This document shows, in pieces, positions 26,354 to 40,000 of a stretch of DNA of 64,000 nucleotides. A model generated the notes under the pieces. That model saw only the letters and a program-made list of their open reading frames with translations, made no database searches and was not told the origin of the DNA. Positions within the stretch are counted from its first letter, which is position 1. Every line of letters begins with the position of its first letter. Source of the DNA: Cenococcum geophilum (Eukaryota); contig CP158635.1 in NCBI GenBank assembly GCA_050273025.1, positions 20,770,001 through 20,834,000 of the forward strand. The letters are read 5' to 3'. Made by a program: the position numbers and the translations under genes.

Positions 26354-29300
26354 TGTAACGGAACCTTGTAGCAAGTACTACGATGGGCTCGTTAATAGGC
26401 TAGGTGTGTAGGTAATATAAACTAAAGTTAATAACGTAATGATAACTAGTGGAGTGGTTACCCAACAGATTAACTCTAATTATATTCTAAGAATTACTAC
26501 AAGGAAGGAACTATCTAGGTAGGGACTGTAGTCCTTTAAATACACGACCGTACTCCTAAGAAATCCTTCTTATACGTAATATACGTGTGCTCTATTTGCT
26601 CCGTTACGGATTATATAGATTACATAGATTATATAGATCTTATTATATAACTTAGTTACTATTTCTCGTTATATAGTTCTACCAGCTCCATCCTAAACCG
26701 TGCTCTTATTAACTAACTAGCTTCTTCTAACTCTTCTCTAAGTAGTTATAGTATTATACTTAAAGCGTCCGTAACACTATCTCCCTCCTCTCTATCTTCG
26801 TCCTTAAAGATTTTAAGTATTTCCAGGTCGTTTACTAGAGGTGTAATATCTATTTAATTAATTTGGTTAATATTGTTACTTATAATACCTAAAGCAATTT
26901 CTCTTTCTTCTATAGTCCGATGTACTCGCACTATTACTACTATCCTATCGCTAGGTAAGATAATACCTTCTCTATATTCTTATTATGCGAAAGAGGGGTT
27001 AGTTTATATTACGCTAGTAAGTCCTTTATCTCGGCAACCTTCCTTTTATTTAGAGTGCACTAAAGCGAATATTTATTCGTCCTATAACGTTCGCTCTATT
27101 TCTAACGCTAAGTATACGCGTCTTATAACTCTTAATAGTCTCTAAGTTCCCTAAGTAATTTGTTATAGGGTCTTGTGTTTAATCTGCTACTATAAAGCTC
27201 AATAGTAAGCTCTTAAGCACCCTTAATAAACTATACCAATCGCGAGAGGCGGAGCAAGAGGCTGCAGCTGCTTAACAGCGTGCCCTTAAGACTCGTCTTT
27301 TGGCCTTCGCTTATCTTTTACGTCTTAAATAGGTTCGTAAGAAGGTTCGTTTTAAGGAGTAGAAACTTATAAAATAAGGTCTGCAGGAACTTAGTAATAA
27401 GAGAACTAACTCTCTTCCTATAAAGGGAATAACTCTAAGTAGTTTAGCAGTCGCTCTTCCTAGGTTCCCCTTAGGTAACTTATTTTTTAGTAATCCTTCT
27501 TTAATATTACCTAACCTGTTTTCTTCTAATACTCCTATACCTTTCCTATAGCGTTCTTTAAATTTTCTAGTAGCTCCTAGGTAGTTTTATTATAGCCTAT
27601 CTACTTAACCTTATACTATATTTTATTGTTAACGTCCTTATAACTAACGATCCTTAAAACTTGCTATTTATCCTCTTCTTGCCCTCTATATGTGTCTGCT
27701 TTGTAGGCTAATAGCTTAACTTTCCTATATACTAGCTCTAGCATTGCAATATGCTATATAGGGTAGATTTTTATTCTAGCTGGTAGGTTTAACTTAAATA
27801 TAACCAGTAAAATTCTTTATATAATTTTAAAAGGTCCTAGTCTAACGTGGTCTAACTTCTTACTTAATTGTTAACTCTTAAAGTTTTTATATAGTAGCTA
27901 TACTTTATCTCCCTCCTTAAGATCTAGTCCCTTAGATCTCTTAGCGTTATAGTACCTTTTTATCCTTTGCTGTACTACCTTAGCTATTTCCGTAAGGTTC
28001 TTATAAAGATTTATTAGTATCTCTATCCTTTACTTAGCTGTACTACTTATCTTCTTTACTTAACGTGGCGATAATAATATTCTTGGCTTATATCCGTAAT
28101 TCGCCTTAAATAGTAAAGTACCTATTCCTTCCTGTGGTGTTATATTGTATATAAACTATATAACTAGTAACAATAATACCTAATTATTCTATACGTGATT
28201 AATATAGTGCCTTAGATACTGCTTTAGTGTCTAATTTAATTTTTCTGTTTAACCGTCTGTCTGCGGATAATATATAGTGGAAGTTGCTGCTTAAACTCCT
28301 TATTTCGCTAAAAATACCTCCTAAAATGCTGCTATAAATCTTAAATCTCTATCCAATATAATTTTGCTTAGTACTCTATGTCTTATAAATACTTCCTTAA
28401 TATAGATTCTAGCGATATCTTTCGCTAAGATTTCTTCCGTATAGGCTATAAAGTATCCCTACTTCGTAAGCTTGTCTACTATTACTAAGATTGCGTTATA
28501 ATCTTGTCCTATAATAGGATCTTTTAATTTTAGCAACTTAATAATAAAGTCCCATAATATAACCTCCTATAGTCTCTTTAGTATTTTAATAGGTTGTAGC
28601 CCTCTATATAGCTTATGCCTCGTTAGTTTGTTCCTTTAGTAATCTAAACACTCTCTAGTGACCCTTTTAGCTATCCTTTAGATTCCGTTAATAATATACT
28701 CCTCCTAAAGTCTTAATACTAAGCCCGTAGCTCCATTATGTCCTTAAGTTAGTCCTTTATAGAAATATTCTATAAATTGCTCTGCTATACTTCTTAGGAT
28801 ATACTTTACTTCTTAGTTTTTGTATATATCTATCTATAGATCTTCTAGTTATGCTTCTAAAATTCTTTATACCTAAAAGCTCTCTAGTGACTTATAAACC
28901 TTATCTAGTTTATCTTTATAAGTCGCTATAATTTTCGGATAATTATACCTAATCAATTTATCTATATCTTTTCGCAATAAAGCCCCTAATGGCTTTTCAT
29001 TATTTTATAGTTTAGCCTTTTAACTTAACGTATTGGCTCGCGTATTGTCTATACCCTTAGTATACTAAATCTTAAAATAGTATTCTATAAGCATCTCTGC
29101 CTATCTAACCTATCTTTAGTTAAGTTCCTTTATTATTAGGAATTCTATTAGGTTCTTATAATCCGTCTTAACTATAAATAGTTTCTCTATACCTTATAAG
29201 AATACTCTCTATTCCTTTAATACTATAACTATACCTAATAACTTCTTATTATAAATGTTATAGTTTAACTCTGGTGGTATTATCTTCCAACTATAGTATA

Positions 29301-32300
29301 CTACTAGATGCTATCTATTTAGATGCTTCTGTATAAAGTATACTCTTAGTATAAAGTCTAATGTATCTATTTTTACAACCGTCTCTAGACCTAGTTAATA
29401 GATCTTAAGAACTGGCTCCTAGGTAAACAACCTCTTAACTTTTTTAAATAGTTTTTATTATTCTCTTCCCTATACCTATAGTTCTTCTTTCTTTATTAAC
29501 CGCGTAAATGGCTTAATATTCTTTAACTATTGCGCTATAAACCTTCTGTAGTAATTGCAAAACCCTAAAAATAATCTTAACTATATAACGTTCTCTAGTT
29601 CTTACCAATTTACTATAGCTTTAATCTTCTTTAGATCTATATTAAGTTGGCCTAGTTTAATAATAAATCCTATAAAATCGGTCTTCCTAGTAAAGAACTC
29701 GCATTTCTTAATTACTACTAGCATTTATTTCTCTTATAGTCTCTTTAAGACCTATTTAACGTATTCTCTATATTCTTCCTTAGTTATTAAGTAGATAATA
29801 ATATTGTTAAGATATACCATAATAAATTCATCTAAGTGTTCTCCTAATATATTATTAATTTACTTTTAGAACGTTGCTAGTGCGTTTATAAGCCTAAATT
29901 ATATAACTAATAGTTTATATAGTCCTTCCTTTAACCTAAAGGCTGCCTTTTATTTATCGCCTTCCTTAATCCTAATCTAATGGTACGCCCATCTTAGATC
30001 TATCTTTGTAAAGATTTGCGCATTACCTATCCTATCTTAGATTTCGCTAATTAAGGGTAAAGGATACCTATCCTTCCTAGTAATACTATTTAACTGTCTA
30101 TAGTTAATATATAGCCTTAGTTTACTATTCTTCTTTAGTATAAATAGTACTGGATAACCTACTAATGATTGCGATAGTCTAATGTATCCCTTTTATAAGT
30201 TTTTTTAGATAAACTCTTTTAATGCTCTACCTTTCTCTTTAGTAAGCTTATAGATTAAAAAGAACCTTAAACTTATTCCTAGTTCTAATTCTATCTTATA
30301 GTTCTATACTACGTATTTTAACAGCTTTTTGCTTTTTAGCGACTATAGTTTCTTGCTATACTTATAGTATCTCTTTAGTATATAGCTTAGTCCTCTTTCT
30401 GTTTCTTTATAGGTTGCTCCTACTTAGTACTATATTAACTTAGCTTATTATTATATTTTACGGCGTTAAGTATTTTTAATATTGACCTAACCTATAATCT
30501 AATTGATCTTTAGATTGTATTCCTATAACTAAGGTATTCCTAGTACTGCCTTATTATTCCCTAATGGTAATATATTAAAAGACATCTTAATTTATCTTCC
30601 TTTAATGGTTAGCTAAATAGGTCCTGTTTTAAGATTAATAATACCTCCTCTATAGGCTATTAGATCTCCTAAAATCGTCACTAATAGGTAAGAACATTTC
30701 TTTTTCCTGTGTGGTAACCCCATTCTTTTAACTGCTACTAGCGAGATATAGTTCCTTATTGCTCCACTATCTATTAATGCCTTAAACTGTTAATCTTGCC
30801 AATTAACTTGTAAATTTAGGTGTTGTCCTTAAATTCCTTTAAGGGTCTAAGGCTCTACTACTAGTTCCCTCTAGTCCTATAGGCCTCCACTTTTCCTAAC
30901 TATTAGCTGCTTAATCCTATTTATACTTAGTCTAACTTAGGCCAATACTTAGTTCGCTTTTTATCTTTAATATATTATAGACAGGTATTCTCTAAACATT
31001 CCTACTATTATTATCTATCTAGGCATTCTTCCGTAAGGAATCTTCCTAATTAAAGTATTAAGTCCCTTTATTCTTAAACTTCTATGGGGTGCTAACTATG
31101 TATATACTTAGTGTTTTAATATTTCGCCTTATCTATTATCCAATATATTCTTATTAGATACTTCTAATTTTTATCCTTAGGTGCTCTATATATATTATAC
31201 ATATTATCCACGCATGCTATCTACAATAGTGTATAATATACTTGGTGTCTTAGGTTAACTCTTAGCTCGTCTTTATCCTTAAGTTTAAACCTTTCTTATG
31301 CTAATCTAAGCGTTGCAACTTCGTTCGCAGGTACTAAAAATTATTTTTTACTTCTCTAGTCCTCTAATTGCTCCTTTAGATCTTTTAACGTTATAATTAA
31401 GGCCCCTTTAATATAAGTTATAGCCTTTTCTATAATTGGGTGGTCTTAGATAACTTTTTCATCTAACTATATATAGAAATCTTCCTACTCGTTATTGTGT
31501 TGTTATCTATACCACTTTTAGTATAACCCTTTAAGTGTGTACGGCTCGTCCGTAAGGAAGTATCTTTTTATTACTATGTTATAACAGCCCTTTATATATC
31601 GTTCTTTAAATCTAGTTAGAATCCCTAGATCCTCTTCTTGTTCCAGTTTAGTAAGCCACTTAGCCCTTAATATGCCTATTCTTGGCCTATTAGTAATTCT
31701 TTATATAGGTGCTCTATCCCTTATACGACCTAGTAAACTAGATCTCTTATTTAGTTTTTGCTCTTGCTATAAGGTAATTCTTACTCTAAATTCCTCTATA
31801 GTTTCTTTTCTTTTACGTCCTATAAGTAGATCCTTGAAGTCGTTATGCTTCTTAATCTTAGTATTAACTTTTTAATCTTTAGGCTAAACACTGCGTTCCC
31901 CTAGTAAGTCCTCTTGGTCTATATATTTATCTCCTAGTTTAATTACTATTTATATTATAGATTCTCTAATCTTATTAGTGGTCCTTATTTATACTTTAAA
32001 GTCTTAGTCCTATAAGATTCTTAATCCTGAGCTTACTTCTAACTTAAGTTTAGCTCCCGCCTTAGTCCAACTAGGCGTCTATAGTGTTTTTATCTTATCT
32101 TAAGAGTCTTAAATCTTATTTATCTCATCTTAAGAATCTAATGCCGTAGGAAACTTTTCTCCTAAGCTCATTCATATGTCTTTAAACTAAGCTACTGCTC
32201 TACTCTATCGGTTTTTGTCCGTTGTGGGTCCTTAAGCTATCCTTATCCTGTTTTTGGAATCTTAGATCTCTCTTATCTCTTTTTAAGAATCTTAAGCCTT

Positions 32301-34322
32301 TAGCCTTTTATCTTTATTAAGTGGTAAGCTAGCACTAGCAGTTATCTGCTTGCTTAATCTTCTTTAGATATTACTCCTTCCGTCTTATAAAGCGATGGAT
32401 GCCGTATCTAATAGTGTTATAATGCCCGTTACTAATCCTTACTTTATAGCGGTCTTAGTCTCTACTTCTATTATAACTTCGCTAAGGTTTATACGTTCCT
32501 AGTAAACTGCCTTTATTTCCTTATTGTCTGTAAATATTTCGCCTACATTAAACTCGTCGTCTTTAATATCCAATCTACGCGATAGTTTATTAGTTCCTCT
32601 ATACTCTATAAATTTTGGCTCTTATGGCTAATAGCTTACACCGTACTTAGCATCTTTATAAATTTGGCATGCGTTATTATAACAAAACGCAAAACTTCTA
32701 ATTAAATACTCTTTTATTCCTTATAGTACACTATTATCCCTCTATACATATATGTTTTCTACTACTAGTCTAGTTTCCTTTATTATATAGTAACTCTAAC
32801 TATCTTTGCAATCCCTTATAAAATAACCTTATTTCCCATAATTTATATAAGCTCTATCTCTAAACCATTAACTTTACTATAAAGTCCGCCTAAACGTCTT
32901 CTGCTACTAAGATCCCTGGTTTAGCCTCTGCTCCTTAGTCTTATAATTACTAGATTTTTAACCTCTAGGTTTCTATAATTTCTTACTCTATCTCTTATAG
33001 GCTTTTTTAGTACTGCTTAGGTCTATTAGCTCTGCGCTATACTATAGTTTCTAAACTGGCTTTAGTTATTGCGTACTCTATATCTTATATAACTATAAAA
33101 CTCTATCCTAGCCTCGCTTAGCCTGTTCCCTTTAATAGATTTAATTATTAATCTTAATCGCTTAATCTATTAATTCCCTTAGGGTGTCCGCATCTTCCAT
33201 TAGAATAATTACGTCCTAGACTTTAGCCTTAAGTCCCTATTTATACTGTGCCATAAACGCCCTATTATTCCACTTAACTTATATTACTAGCGTTTGGAAC
33301 TATATTGTGTATTTAATTACTAAGGTTCGTTGCGTAATATCTTAAAGTTTCCTTTCTACTATAGTCGTTAACTCTAGATCTCTAAATATCTGTATTAGTT
33401 GCTCTATAAACCCTTCCTAACTTAAGAACATATACCGCACGTCCTAATTAGTAGTTATTATTCTATTGGCTTATATTTTTATAAGGTAAGGTTTAAACCA
33501 TTTAAGTACCCTTCCTGACAGGAATAGCCCTATATACGCTATTCGGTCTACAGGTGTTGCTAGCTTTGCTCCCTTTTACGCAACCTTAAAATATATTTGC
33601 GTAAGGAATCCTTTAAGCTTTAATCTTTCTCCTAAGAATCTTTCGATTAATAGTAACTTAACCTTTACTGCGCCTATTCCGTTAATCCTTTATTTAAGTG
33701 TCGCATTGTTCTCTATTAACTAGTCAACTATCTCTTATAGCTGTCCGACCGTCACAGGTTGCTGCAAATTAGTATCTGCTATACTGGTGTCGCCTCCTGA
33801 CCTTAAAGTAGTTGCCGCCGTTAATGGCGTTGTGGTGGCTACTTTTGGTGGCATATTATTTAACTTTCTATATTTAATACCGTAACTAGGTAGTGATTAT
33901 ATAATGGAACCTTATAGTAAGTACTACGATGGGCTCGTTAATGGGCTAGGTGTGTAGGTGATATAAACTAAAGTTAACAACGTAATAATAACTGGTGGAG
34001 TGGTTGCCTAATAGATTAACTCTAATTATATTCTAAGAATTACTACAAGGAAGGAACTATCTAGGTAGGGACTGTAGTCCTTTAAATACACGACCGTACT
34101 CCTAAGAAATCCTTCTTATACGTGATGTACGTGTGCTCTATCTGCTCCGTCGCGGATTATATAGATTACACAGATTACACAGATCTTATCACGTGACTCG
34201 GTTACTATTCCTCGTCACATGGTTCTACCGGCTCCATCCTGGACCGTGCTCTTATTAACTAACTAGCTTCTTCCGACTCTTCTCCAAGTAGTTATAGCAT
34301 TGTACTTAAAGCGTCCGTAACA
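26354..34322 (-). mobile_element. Family A copy A3, uninterrupted full length (~7.97 kb), RIP-inactivated
   Basis: LTRs 26354-26776 and 33900-34322; near-perfect TSD TAATG/TAAAG; gag-PR-RT-RH-IN-chromodomain order; RT VYLNNIIIY (RIP of YLDD) near 29800. Confidence 0.93.
26885..27560 (+). pseudogene. Antisense ORF of A3: Zn2Cys6-like Cys cluster plus coiled coil (end approximate)
   Basis: Reads SLYSYYAKEGLVYITLVSPLSRQPSFYLECTKANIYSSYN, with Tyr at RIP-convertible Cys positions. A downstream helical ..LRLKxVRKKVRFKExKL..GLQEL segment follows. Confidence 0.65.
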
Positions 34323-37035
34323 TAAAGGCTTAAGATTTTTAAGACAAGATAAGAGAGATTTAAGATTCTAAAGATAGGATAAGGATAGCTTAAGGACCTA
34401 TAATGGACGATAACCGATAGAGCAGAGTAGTAGCTTAGTTTAAGAATATATAAATAAGCTTAGGATAGCGTTTCCCATAGTTATAAGATTCTTAAGACGA
34501 AATAAGTAAGATTTAAGACTCTTAAGACGAGATAAGAACACTATAGATATTTAGTTAGACTAAGGTAGGAGCGCAGCTTAAGTTAGAAGCAAGCTTAGGA
34601 TTAAAGAATCTAAGGGACTAAGAATTTAGAGTATAAATAAGGATACCCATAAACAAGAAGCGCGAGGCTTTATTATAGATTAGAGAATCTATAATATAAA
34701 CAGTAGTTAGACTAGGAGATAAATATATAGACCTAGAGGACCTACTAAGTAAATAAGGAGTTTAGCTTAAGGATTAAAAGTTTAATACTAGGATTAAGAA
34801 GTAAGAGAACTTTAAGGATCTACTTATAAGACATAAAAAGAGAGAAACTATAGCAGAATTTAGAGTAAGAATTGCTGTATAGTAAGAACAGAAACTAGAT
34901 AAAAGATCTAGCATATTAGAATATATAAGGGATAGAGTACCTATATAAAGAGTTACTAATAGACCTAAGATAGGTATACTAAGAGCTAAGTGGCTTACTA
35001 AACTAGAATAAGAAGAGGATTTAGGGATTCTAACTAGATTTAAGAAATGATATATAAAGGGCTGTTATAATATAGTAATAAGGAGATACTTCCTTACGGA
35101 CGAGCCGTATATACTTAAAGGGCTATACTAAAAGTAGTATAAACAACGACATAATAATAAGTGGGAAGATTTCTATATATAGTTAGATAAAAAAGTTATT
35201 TAAGACCACCCAATTACGGAAAAGGCTATAACTTATATTAAAGGAGCCTTAATTATAATATTAAAGGATCTAAATAAGTAATTAGAGGATTAGAGAAGTA
35301 AAAAATAAATCTTAGTACCTATAAATAAAGTTATAACGCTTAAATTAATACAAAAGAGGTTTAAACTTAAGGATAAAGATAAGCTAAGAGTTAACCTAAG
35401 ACACTAAGTATATTATACACTATTATAGATAGTATATATAAATAATATATATAATATATATAGAGTACCTAAAGATAAAAATTGGAAGTATTTAATAAGA
35501 ATATATTAGATAATGGATAAGGCAAAATATTAAAATACTAAGTATATGCATAGTTAGTACCTAGTAGAAGTTTAAAAATAAGGGGATTTAATACTTTAAC
35601 TAGGAAGATTCCTTACGGAAGAATACCTAGACAGATAATAGTAGTGGGAATATTTTAAGAATATATATCTATAGCATATTAAAGATAAAAAGTAAACTAA
35701 GTATTAGCCTAAGTTAGACTAAGTATAAATAGGATCTAGTAGCTAATAGTTAAAAAAAGTAGAGGCTTATAAAACTAAAGGGAACTAGTAATAGAGCCTT
35801 AAACCCTTAAAGAAATTTAAGGATAATACCTAAATTTATAAGTTAAGTGGCAAGATTAATAGTTTAAGGTATTAATAGATAGTGGAGTAATAAGAAACTA
35901 TATCTTACTAATAATAGTTAAAAGAATAGGGTTACTACATAGGAAAAAGGAATGTCTTTACCTATTAGTAATAATTTTAGGAGATCTAATAGCCTATAGA
36001 GGAAGCATTATTAATCTTAAAATAAGACCTATTTAGTTAACTATTAAAGGGAGATAAATTAAGATATCTTTTAATATATTACTATTAGGGAATAATAAGG
36101 CAGTATTAGGAATGCCTTAGTTATAGAAATATAATCTAAAGATTAATTAGGTTATAGGTTAGGTTAATATTAAGAATACTTAATGCTATAAGATATAATA
36201 ATAAGCTAAGTTAATATAGTACTAAGTAGGAGCAATCTATAAAGAAATAGAAAAAGGACTAAGCTATATACTAAAGAGATACCATAAGTACGGTAAAAAG
36301 TTACAGTTATTAAAAAGTAAAAAGCTAGTAAAATATATAGCATAGGACTATAAGATAGAGCTAAAACTAGAAATAAGTTTAAGGTTTTTTCTAATCTATA
36401 AGCTTACTAAAGAAGAAGGTAGAGTACTAAAAGAGTTTATCTAGGAGAACTTATAAAAGGGATATATTAGGCCATTACAATTATTAGTAGGTTATCCAGT
36501 ATTATTTATACTAAAGAAAAATAGTAAGCTAAGGCTATATATTAACTATAGACAGTTAAACAGCATTACCAAAAAGAATAGGTATTCTTTACCCTTAATT
36601 AGCAAAATCTAAGATAGAATAGGTAATGCGTAAATCTTTATAAAGATAGATCTAAAATAGGCGTACTATTAGATTAGAATTAAGGAAGGCGATAAATAAA
36701 AGGCAGCCTTTAAGTTAAAGGAAGGACTATATAAACTATTAGTTATGCAATTTAGGCTTATAAACACACTAGTAACGTTTTAGAAGCGTATTAACAATAT
36801 ATTAGGAAAATACTTAGACGAATTTGTTATAGTATATCTTAATAATATTATTATCTACTTAATAACTAAGGAAGAATATAGAGAACACGTTAAATAGGTC
36901 TTAAAGAGACTATAAAAAGAATAGATGCTAGTAGCAATTAAGAAATACAAGTTCTTTACTAAGAAGACCAATTTTATTAAATTTATTATTAAACTAGGCT
37001 AACTTAGTATAGATCTAAGGAAGATTAAGGCTATA

Positions 37036-40000
37036 TATAACGGAACCTTATAGCAAGTGCTACAATAGGTCCTATCAATGGGCTAGGTGTATAGGTAATG
37101 CGTAAGTTAACAACGTAATAATAACTGGTGGAGTAGTTGCCTAACAGATTAACTCTAATTATATTCTAAGAATCACTATAAGGAAGGAACTATCTAGGTA
37201 GGGACTAAGGGTCCTTAAATATACGCCCGTACTCCTATAAAATCCTTCTTATATGTAATATACGTAAGATACGTAAGGTATATACGTTCCATTCATTCTC
37301 TATATTCCTTACGTAGCATATTATATAACTTATACTACTATTCCTTATTATATAGTTCTATCGGTTCTATCCTAAACTATACTCTTATTAACTAACTAGC
37401 TTCCTCTAACTCCTCTCTAAGTAGTTATAGTATTATACTTAAAGCGTCCGTAATACTATCTCCCTCCTCTTTATCTTTGTTTTTAAAGATTCCTAATATC
37501 TCTAAGTCGCTTACTAGAGGTATAATATCCGTCTAATTAATTTAGTTAATATCGTTACTTATAATACCTAAAGCCTCTTCTTTTTCACACGCGCAACGAC
37601 GCGCCCGCACTATTGCTGCAATACTATTACTAGGTAAAATTATGCTATCTCTATATTCTTATTATGCGAAAGAGGGGTTAGTTTACGTTGCGCTAGCGAG
37701 TCCTTTATCTCAGCAACCCTCTTCTTATTTAGAGTGTACTAAAGCAAATATTTATTTGTCCTATAACGTTTGCTTTTTCTCTAACGCTAAATATACGCGT
37801 CCTATAACTCTTAATAGTCGTTAAGTTCCCTAAGTAATTTGTTATAAGGTTTTATGTTTAATCTGCCGCTACGAAGCTTAATAGTAAGTTATCGCAAGCC
37901 TTAGCTAAGCTAGAATGTTCTTATAATATAGAATAGAAAGCCCTAGATACTTAAATCGCGGCATCTGCTTATTTTCTTCGCCTTAAAAAGGTTCGTAAGA
38001 AGGTTTATTTTAAGAAGTAGAAACTTATAGAACAAGGTCTATAGGAACTTGGTAATAAAAGAACGGATTTTCTTCTAATAGTAAAGGAAATAACTTTAAG
38101 TAGTTTAGCAATCGCTCTTCCTAGGTCCCCCTTAGGTAACTCATTTTTTAGTAATCCTTCTTTAATATTGCCTGACTTATTCTCTTCTGATACTCCTATA
38201 CCTTTCCTATAGCGTTCTTTAAATTCTTTAGTAGTTCCTAGGTAGTCTTATTATAGCCTATCTACTTAACCTTATACTAGGTTTTATTATTAATATCCTT
38301 ATAATTAACAATCTTTAAAACTTACTATTTATCTTCTTCCTGTCCTTGGTATGTATCTGCCTTATACACTAGTAGCTCGGCATTTCCGTATACTGGTTCT
38401 AGCATTGCAATATACTATATAGAGTAGATCTTCATTTTAGCTAGTAGGTTTAACTTAAACATAACCAGTAAAATTTTCTAACTAATTTTAAAAGGTCCTA
38501 GCCTAACGTAGTCTAACTTCTTACTTAGTTATTAACTTTTGAAATTTTTATGTAGTAGCTATACTCTATCTCCCTCCTTAAGATCTAGTCCCTTAGATCT
38601 CTTAGTATCATAGTATTTCTTTATTCTTTACTATACTACTTTAGCTATTTCCGTAAGGTCCTTATAAAGATTCATTAATATCTCTATCCTTTACTTAGCT
38701 GTGCTACTTATCTTCTTTACTTAATATAGCGATAGCGATGTTCTTAGCTTATATCCATAATTTGCCTTAAATGGTAACGTATCCATTCCTTCTTATGGTG
38801 TTATATTATATACAAACTATATAACTAGTAACAGTAATACCTAATTATTTTATACGTGATTAATATAATGTCTTAGATACTGCTCTAGTGTTTAATTTAA
38901 CCTTTCCATTTAACCGTTTGTCTGCGGATGGTATACGGTAGAAGTTGCTGCTTAAACTCCTTACTCCACTAAGAATACCTCCCAAAATACTACTATAAAT
39001 CTTGGATCTCTATCCGATATAATCTTACTTAGTACTCTATACCTTATAAATACTTCTTTAATATAGATTTTAGCGACATCTTCTGCTAATATTTCTTCTG
39101 TATATGCTATAAAGTATCCCCACTTTATAAGCTTGTCTACTATTACTAAGATTATATTATAATCTTGTCCGGTAATAGGATCTCTTAATTTTAGCAACTT
39201 AATAATAAAACCTCCTATAGTCTTTTTAGTATTTTAATAGGTTATAGCCCTCTATATAGCTTATGCCTTGTTAGTTTATTCCTTTAGTAATCTAAACACT
39301 CTCTAGTGACCTTTCTGGCTATCCTCCAGATTCTATCAATAATGTACTCCTCCTAGAGTCTCGACACTAAGCCTATAGCTCCATTGTGTCCTTAAGTTAG
39401 TCCTTTATAGAATTCTTCTATAAATTACTCTACTATGCTTCTTGGGATATACTTCGTTTCTTAGTTCTTATATATATCTAACTATAGATCTTCTAGTTAT
39501 GCTTTTAGAATTCTCTATACCTAAAAGCTTTTTAGTGTCTTGTAGACTTTATCTAATTTTTCCTAAGTTACTGCGATCTTTGGATAATTGTATCTAATTA
39601 ATCCATCTATATCCTTTCGCAGTAAAGCCCCTAATAGCTTCTCGTCGTTTTGTAGTTTGGCCCTTTAACTTAAAGTATCTACTCGTATATTATCTATACC
39701 CTTAGTATACTAAATCTTAAAATGGTATTCTATAAGCATCTCTACCCATCTAACCTGTCTTTAGTTAAGTTCCTTTATTATTAGGAATCCTATTAGGTTT
39801 TTATAATCCGTCTTAACTATAAATAGTTTTTCTATACCTTGCAAGAACGCTCTCTATTTTTTTAGTGCTATAACTATACCTAATAACTCCTTATTATAGA
39901 TGTTATAGTTTAGTTCTAGTAGTATTATCTTCCTACTATAATATACCACTAGGTGCTATCCGTCTAGATACTTTTATATAAAATATACTCCTAGTACAAA

